Origin: Amphiscolops sp. MND2022
Taxonomy: Eukaryota
Length of the DNA stretch: 64,000 nucleotides
Direction of reading: 5' to 3'
Assembly (NCBI GenBank): GCA_964187785.1
Contig: OZ076419.1
Span: forward strand, 14,198,001 to 14,262,000
Shown: positions 63,964-64,000 of the stretch, piece by piece
How the letters are laid out: each line of letters begins with the position of its first letter
How positions within the stretch are numbered: position 1 is the stretch's first letter
The notes under the pieces: model-generated
What the model was told of the DNA's origin: nothing
Seen by the model: the letters and a program-made list of their open reading frames with translations, nothing else
Databases searched by the model: none
Made by a program: the position numbers and the translations under genes

Positions 63964-64000
63964 ACTCTGACTCTGCTGCAAAGACTAAATAATCAGTGAC

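Overview
AT-rich eukaryotic DNA (GT-AG introns, standard code) made almost entirely of mobile elements; no host gene is recognisable. The main content is a same-strand (+) cluster of decayed Helitron/Helentron-like rolling-circle transposons from at least three divergent lineages. These are A at ~1.5-16 kb (internally shuffled and tandemly amplified), B at ~28.8-38.3 kb (only the 3' part), C at ~39-51.7 kb (most complete), and D at ~52.5-62 kb (a C-like/A-like chimera). They show HUH/Y2 Rep motifs and a PIF1-type helicase with atypical motifs. In every lineage a GIY-YIG endonuclease-like domain directly follows the helicase, and an intron at a conserved position indicates it is spliced in frame to RepHel. 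Shared accessory genes recur: a Cys-containing unknown protein (2 copies), a spliced unknown ORF-X (2 copies) and SGNH/GDSL hydrolases. A conserved ~140-bp hairpin motif also precedes RepHel twice. Inserted among these are an intact BEL/Pao gag-pol ORF (2123 aa, minus strand, no paired LTR found), an upstream SGNH-like pseudogene, a 466-bp TA-flanked MITE, a tRNA-derived fragment and two ~3-kb tandem duplications. All family calls rest on motifs read by eye; no database search was run.
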